This document shows, in pieces, positions 1 to 5,016 of a DNA stretch of 5,016 bases; position 1 is the first letter of the stretch, and every line of letters starts with the position of its first letter. Under the pieces are notes generated by a model. That model did not search any database and was not told where the DNA came from. It saw only the letters and a list, made by a program, of their open reading frames with translations. A program made the translations under genes and the position numbers. The stretch comes from Octopus sinensis (Eukaryota). The stretch lies in contig NW_021830203.1 of the NCBI RefSeq assembly GCF_006345805.1, forward strand, positions 1 through 5,016, read 5' to 3'.

Positions 1-778
1 ATGTATATGTATATATGTGTTTGTGTGTCAGAGTGCGTGGAGTGTGTGTGTCTATGTATATATGCATGCATCTATGTATATATGTATGTATGTATGTATG
101 TAATGTGTGTATGTATGTATGTATGTATGCATGCATGTATGTATGCATGTATGTATGTAAGTATGTATGCATGCATGCATGTATGTATGTATGTATGTAT
201 GCAGTTTGTATGTATGTATGCATGTATGTATATATGTATGCATGTATATATGCATGCATGCATGTATGTATGCATGTGAGTATGTATGTATGCATGCATG
301 TATGTATGTATATAGGTATGTATGTATGCATGTATGTATGTATGTATATGTAAATACGTACGTATGTATGTATGTATGCATGTATGTATATATGTATGCA
401 TGTATATATGCATGCATGCATGTATGTATGCATGTGAGTATGTATGTATGCATGCATGTATGTATGTATATAGGTATGTATGTATGCATGTATGTATGTA
501 TGCATGCATGTATGTATGTATATATGTATGTATGTATGTATGTATTTATATGTATATATGTATATATGTATATATGCATGTATGTATGTATGTGTGTATG
601 TATGTATGCATGCATGTATGTATGTATATAGGTAAGTATGTATGCATGTATGTAAGCATGCATGCATGTATGTATATATATATGTATGCATGTATGTATT
701 TATATGTATGTATGTATATATGTATATATGCATGTATGTATCTATGTATGTATGTATATGTAAGTATGCTTGTATATG
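1..778. repeat. Degenerate (TATG)n/(TGCA)n/(TA)n microsatellite field
   Basis: Seen directly: near-continuous TATG, CATG and TATA tetramers. This accounts for all the MYVC/HTYI low-complexity ORFs. Confidence 0.97.
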
Positions 779-871
779 GGAGCAAGGGGGGAGCGGAAGG
801 CGGGGGAAACAAAAACACATCAAACCAATTATCGCCATAGTAAACACACCAACTTTATACAAAAACGACCT

Positions 872-892
872 CAACAACAACAACAATAACAA
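872..892. repeat. Short (CAA)n microsatellite
   Basis: caacaacaacaacaataacaa. Confidence 0.8.
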
Positions 893-1033
893 ACATTGTA
901 TAACCACGTGGTGAATGGAAACAAGAAATAACTTGGCAAAATATTTTGATGTAAATACGTGACATTTTAAGTTATTCTTCTCAATGAAATCCTTCCCAGA
1001 ACTCTGCCATTCCTTATATGTATAGTGTGTGGG

Positions 1034-1048
1034 TATATATATATATAG

Positions 1049-1079
<31 letters not shown>

Positions 1080-1130
1080 ATATATATATATATATATTAT
1101 ATATATATAATATATATGTATATATAATAT

Positions 1131-1163
<33 letters not shown>

Positions 1164-1213
1164 CTATATATATGTATATCTATATATTATATATGTATAT
1201 ATATATGTAATAT
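1034..1213. repeat. Interrupted (TA)n microsatellite
   Basis: About 180 bp of TA dinucleotides with occasional phase slips. Confidence 0.97.
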
Positions 1214-1334
1214 GTATGACGAAGAGCCTCCGCTCGAAACGTCATACCTTCCTGCTTCCATCTTTCCTGAGCGCCTATTAATAATAATACTGCAAACGTG
1301 TTGTTGTTTTTTCTGTTTTCCCGTTTGATTAAAT
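1214..1334 (+). mobile_element. Penelope-like/retrozyme-type terminal repeat fragment with a degenerate minimal hammerhead ribozyme motif
   Basis: aTGACGA-A-GAGC-ctcc-GCTC-GAAA-CG-TC at 1216-1243: hammerhead core, 4-bp stem II, palindromic ACGT in place of stem III, and a GUC triplet. It is followed by a pyrimidine-rich/T-rich tail and flanked on both sides by (TA)n. C3 is replaced by A. The family assignment is inference. Confidence 0.6.
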
Positions 1335-1360
1335 TATATAATAATATATATGTATAATAT

Positions 1361-1393
<33 letters not shown>

Positions 1394-1451
1394 TTTTGTA
1401 ATATTTTATATATATATGTATATATATTATATATGTTATATATATATATAT
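1335..1451. repeat. Interrupted (TA)n microsatellite
   Basis: TA dinucleotide run with short T/A insertions. Confidence 0.95.
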
Positions 1452-1510
1452 GCCCTTGTGGCAATAAATAATTATTGATGATGTTGTTGTTACTGCTGCT
1501 GCAGTCCTGG

Positions 1511-1765
<255 letters not shown>

Positions 1766-1775
1766 TGAGGGAATT

Positions 1776-2020
1776 TAGGGGACGTAAATACAACAGCATC
1801 GGTTATCAAGTGATAGTGGGTGGGATGGAGACAAACACACACTCACATATACATATATATATATGACGGGCTTCTTTCAGTTTTCGTTTACGAAATCCAT
1901 TCTCAAGTTTTTTGTCGGCTCGTGGCTATAGCAGAAGACACTTGCCCAAGGAGCCACGCGGTGAAACTGAACCCAGAACCATGTGGCTGGTAAACAAGCA
2001 ACTTACCACACAGCTACTCC
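1776..2020 (-). mobile_element. tRNA-derived SINE family B (CORE-like), with internal CA/TA spacer, 3'-truncated
   Basis: Minus strand: A-box-like TAGCTGTGTGG (2016-2006), B-box-like GGTTCAGTTTC (1973-1963), then CCTTGGGCAAGTGTCTT resembling the start of the CORE domain. Segment 1776-1845 matches 4920-4990. Confidence 0.85.
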
Positions 2021-2036
2021 CTCACTAAATTCCCTT

Positions 2037-2133
2037 CTATTGTAGAAGACACATGCCAAAACGCCGCGACGTAGGACCGAAACCGAAACCAGGTGGTTGC
2101 AAAGCGTGTTTCCTGACGACAGAGCCACGCCTG
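2037..2133 (-). mobile_element. Second, more diverged family-B-like SINE head
   Basis: ctattgtagaagacacatgccaaaacgccgcg...gaaaccaggtggttgc...acagagccacgcc aligns with 1926-2020 (ctatagcagaagacacttgcccaaggagccacg...gaaccatgtggctgg...acacagctactcc). Confidence 0.8.
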
Positions 2134-2135
2134 TT

Positions 2136-2900
2136 CGTTTCTTCTGATACCCCGTACGCTGGTGATTATAAGGACTGCTATACTGTTTCCACTCCCTTAC
2201 ACCATATCTTGTTTGCTTCCATTGTGAAGTTCTTATACTTTGATTTCTCTTCGACTTCCTTCCGAGCGATGTTTTAGGTGGCTTGTCTATCACAGTGCTT
2301 AGCTCTTTCTCTTCTGTCTTCCATTATGATATCAGAGTGAAATTCTTTGATTTCCCTGTCACTCAGGAAAGACAAGCTTTCAGATTATCGCAGCCGTGTC
2401 ATTTTCACATACCGGATTTCGTGTTTGCTTATACCATTTATTTCCAGGTTTGATGTGGAAAGTGTCTGCAAACAGCCCAATGGATGCCACTGACCATCCA
2501 TCCAGCCAATAATGTCTCTGGATATATTCTTCTGTCGTTGACCGAATTGCAAAACCAGGAATGATATGGTCGAGTGTTTCTTTAAGTGGATTTGCACAGA
2601 CTACAATTAATGTTAAAATCTTGTTTTACCATTTATTTTGATAGTTTTGGTGGCTAGTCATTGGTTTTTGTACAAGTAAAATCAGATCTTCTGCATTGCA
2701 TAAACTACAATTGATATTATCACTCTGTTCTGTTTTATTTTGTTAGTTTTTATTGCTATACATCGCTTTGTACAGCTAAACCCAGACCTTCGGCTTCCGT
2801 TTTTAGTTCACAGGTATTTGGCAACCGTTGTCTTCCATATTGGTTCACTTCCTCTCAGCCCACTCTTGCATAATACCGACCTTGTATAGGTTTTTTCTCT
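2136..2900 (-). mobile_element. Degenerate non-LTR retrotransposon ORF fragment, R2 superfamily (most like R4/Dong clade): post-RT region, CCHC zinc knuckle and restriction-like endonuclease
   Basis: Manual minus-strand translation across frameshifts gives motifs in canonical order: KPIQGRYY (~2893-2870), LKTEAEGLGLAVQ (~2806-2768), CSLC (2605-2594), ETLDHIIPG (2580-2554), EYIQRH, IHWAVCRH, KWY..V.EN (2439-2401), II*(W), SDREIK, SDIIMED (PD motif, 2336-2316), ID, NIARKEVEEKSKYKN (~2273-2229), IW, VLIITSVRGI. It contains many stops and frameshifts. Weaker similarity may extend to ~3175. Confidence 0.85.
2592..2791. repeat. Diverged ~100-bp tandem duplication inside the LINE fossil
   Basis: 2592-2691 versus 2696-2791: ttgcacagactacaattaatgtta/ttgcataaactacaattgatatta, tttattttgatagtttt/tttattttgttagtttt, tttgtaca..cagatcttc/tttgtaca..cagaccttc. 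Confidence 0.85.
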
Positions 2901-3179
2901 CTTCATATAGTATTTTAGTGGGTCCAGTTTGATTTTTGTCATCTGATGTTATTATGTTATTGTGCCCTAATCTAAATCGCTTTTACTTTAGTGCAATTAA
3001 CTTGTAGTTTGTAGTCTAATTAATTGGCAATTTGTACTCTAGTTAGCGCGTACTTTGTACTCTATTGTTTCCTTACATAAAAAGAAAAATGCCTTCTTTA
3101 CTTCAGATTCATTCATTACACTAATCTCCATTCGCATAACTTGCATCTAAATGTTTTTCTAACAGATTGCCATTTGTAC

Positions 3180-3306
3180 TAAGTAGCCTAGTGGTTAAGG
3201 ACGTTGACCTGATGATCGTTACATCGTGAGTTCGATTCTCTGACCAATTGGTGTATTGTATTCTTAAACAAAGCGCTTCATTTCCTGTTATTTACTCAGC
3301 AAAAAA
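3180..3306 (+). mobile_element. tRNA-derived SINE head, third family, decayed
   Basis: A box TAGCCTAGTGG (3184-3194), B box GAGTTCGATTC (3228-3238), followed by ttgtattcttaaacaaagcgcttcattt resembling a decayed CORE-type start. I could not fold an intact cloverleaf. Confidence 0.7.
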
Positions 3307-3925
3307 TAAACACCAATGACACATGGAGTTTACCATTCCACGGATTGCCATCCTTCTCAGCGTGTGAGGAGATTTGTATTCTCTGTCTAAACGTCTGTAA
3401 AGTCTGAATAAACTCGAGCATCATGAGCGAGCATCAAGCCCCATCCCGTGTGTGCACAAAATAAGTATATCTCATCTGTAACAGCCTTAGAATGATTCAT
3501 TCTGAATGAAGCAAAATTTCTAGATTTCAATACATTTAGCATCAAAACTATTAAAATGAGGTTGTAGCTAAAACGAAATGACCTGTGTATTTATGGCTGT
3601 TGTCCTATTTCTGGCGTTAGGTAAAAATCTTATTAACACAGTGGTCTTCTGTGTATCATACTTAATGCAGATATTTCATGGTAAGCCAAATTACTTCTGG
3701 TATTGAACTGGATATAATAGCATTTATATACCATGTTGAAACTGCATGGAAACAGAAATCCCGATGGTACTAATATAAGAAAAAAGAGATTGAAGAATTA
3801 CTGGTGTTGCAATTAACCGACCAGCGGAATAAGAGTATTACGTATCAATAGTACACTTCTCTAAACTCGGTCATGTTTCTCCTAACAATACAGAGCAATG
3901 TAGGATGTGTACGGTTATGGACTGT

Positions 3926-4562
3926 ATACCTATTTCTTTACCACCCACAAGGAGTTAAACACAAAGAGGACAAACAAGGACAGACAATCGGATTAAGTCG
4001 ATTATATCGACCCCAGTGCGTAACTGGTTCTTATTTAATCGACCCCGAAAGGGTGAAAGGCAAAGTCGACCTCGGCGGAATTTGAACTCAGAATGTAACG
4101 GCAGACGAAATACCTATTTCAATACTACCCACAAGGGGCTAAACACAGAGGGGACAAACCAGGACAGACAAACGGATTAAGTCAGTTATATCGACTCCAG
4201 TGCGTAACTGGTACTTGATTTATCAACATCAAAAGGATGAAAGGCAAAGTCGACCTTGGCGGAATTTGAACTCAGAACGTAACGGCAGACGAGATACCTA
4301 TATCTTTACTACTCACTAGGGGCCAAACACAGAGAGGACAAACAAGGACAGACAAACGGATTAGGTCGATTATATCGACCCCAGTGCGTAACTGGTACTT
4401 GATTTATCAACCTCGAAAGGATGAAAAGCAAAGTCGACCTCGGCGGAATTTGAACTCAGAATGTAACGGCAGACGAGATACCTATATCTTTACTACTCAC
4501 TAGGGGCCAAACACAGAGGGGACAAACAAGGATAAACAAACGGATTAAGTCGATTATATTGA
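3926..4562 (-). repeat. Tandem array of 184-bp SINE-family-A units (3 full plus ~85 bp)
   Basis: atacctat recurs at 3926, 4110, 4294 and 4478; gatta(a/g)gtc at 3991, 4175, 4359 and 4543; B box (minus GTTCAAATTCC) at 4077, 4261 and 4445. The period is exactly 184 at these markers. Confidence 0.97.
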
Positions 4563-4670
4563 AAGCTCCGAATGACCCCCGCCTTATGCATTCCTGTCTT
4601 TCTTGTATCGTCTAACTCTACGAATGTTTTGCTGTCGCCTGTTACGTTCTTGTTCCATTTTTGTTTTGAT

Positions 4671-4672
<2 letters not shown>
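4561..4672 (+). mobile_element. Possible second Penelope-like terminal fragment (3' half of a minimal hammerhead plus tail)
   Basis: Begins GAAA-GC-TC (palindromic AGCT). It shares architecture and patches of similarity with 1236-1334 (tctttcttg..cgtcta versus tctttcctg..cgccta, and both end tttgatta then (TA)n). Confidence 0.35.

Positions 4673-4710
<38 letters not shown>
4671..4710. repeat. (TA)n microsatellite
   Basis: Direct observation. Confidence 0.95.
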
Positions 4711-4793
4711 CGAAATTAATTGTTATCGCCATATTAATATGGCATTCTTATAGAGACTTAGTAATTTTAATATTTCTATTATATATATATACG

Positions 4794-5016
4794 CTTTTAC
4801 TCTTTTACACGTTTCAGTCATTAGGCTGTGGCCATGCTGGAACACCACGTTTAGTCGAGCAAATCGACTTTGTAAGCCTAGTACTTATTCTATCGGTCTC
4901 TTTTGCCGAACCGCTAAGTTACGGGAACGTAAACATACCAGCATCGTTTGTCAAGCGATGTTGGGGGCGCAAACAGACGCACAAACGCATACACACGCAT
5001 ACATACATACATACTA
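4794..5016 (-). mobile_element. SINE family B, 3' portion with short tandem-repeat tail; continues beyond the window
   Basis: 4920-4990 matches 1776-1845 (gg.acgtaaa..cagcatcg.tt.tcaag.gat..caaaca) and is followed by the same CA/CATA spacer. The left end cttttactcttttac reads as a GTAAAAGA-type tail on the minus strand. Confidence 0.85.

Noticed and set aside
1-914. Eight overlapping ORFs (MYVC/HTYI-rich) on both strands
   Set aside because: They are translations of a stop-poor tetranucleotide microsatellite with no coding signal.
2003-2597. ORFs 2003-2293, 2053-2277 and 2385-2597
   Set aside because: They are mostly off-frame or antisense readings of the LINE fossil and SINE heads.
3031-3064. 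tttgtactcta direct repeat (3031 and 3054)
   Set aside because: An 11-bp micro-duplication in decayed sequence with too little between the copies to be an insertion with target-site duplication.
3209-3215. CTGATGA hammerhead-core match
   Set aside because: No stem II followed by GAAA downstream, and it lies inside a tRNA-derived SINE head.
3180-3250. Functional tRNA gene
   Set aside because: A and B boxes are present but the stems do not pair into a cloverleaf, and a SINE-like body follows.
3415-3510. Short direct repeat cgagcatca x2 and inverted repeat ttcattc-t-gaatgaa
   Set aside because: Too short to distinguish from chance or local slippage.
3873-4085. 70-aa ORF
   Set aside because: It is mostly the antisense of SINE unit 1, and a similar peptide appears at ~1650-1700.
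3926-4562. CRISPR array or hammerhead-containing retrozyme array
   Set aside because: Units are homologous over their full length with no unique spacers, and I found no CUGANGA core on either strand of the unit.
4728-4743. Perfect 16-bp palindrome GCCATATTAATATGGC
   Set aside because: Isolated with an AT-rich core and no associated element or target-site duplication that I can support.

Overview
Non-coding, AT-rich, repeat-saturated eukaryotic DNA with no intact protein-coding gene; the listed ORFs are microsatellite or repeat artefacts. The SINE families resemble those I recall from Octopus (cephalopod) genomes, which is recollection and not a database result. In order, the window holds: a (TATG/TGCA)n field with a hidden 158-bp periodicity (1-778); a ~120-bp island inside (TA)n that begins with a minimal hammerhead-ribozyme-like motif of the Penelope/retrozyme type (1214-1334); a phased (TTG)9(TTC)10(TTA)14 compound microsatellite attached to a SINE tail; several tRNA-derived SINE pieces; a frameshifted minus-strand fossil of an R4/Dong-like non-LTR retrotransposon (zinc knuckle plus restriction-like endonuclease, ~2136-2900, possibly to ~3175) that the ORF track misses and that has an internal ~100-bp duplication; a head-to-tail array of ~3.5 units of a 5'-truncated SINE with an exact 184-bp period (3926-4562); a second hammerhead-3'-half-like island (4561-4672); and the 3' part of another SINE running off the window end.
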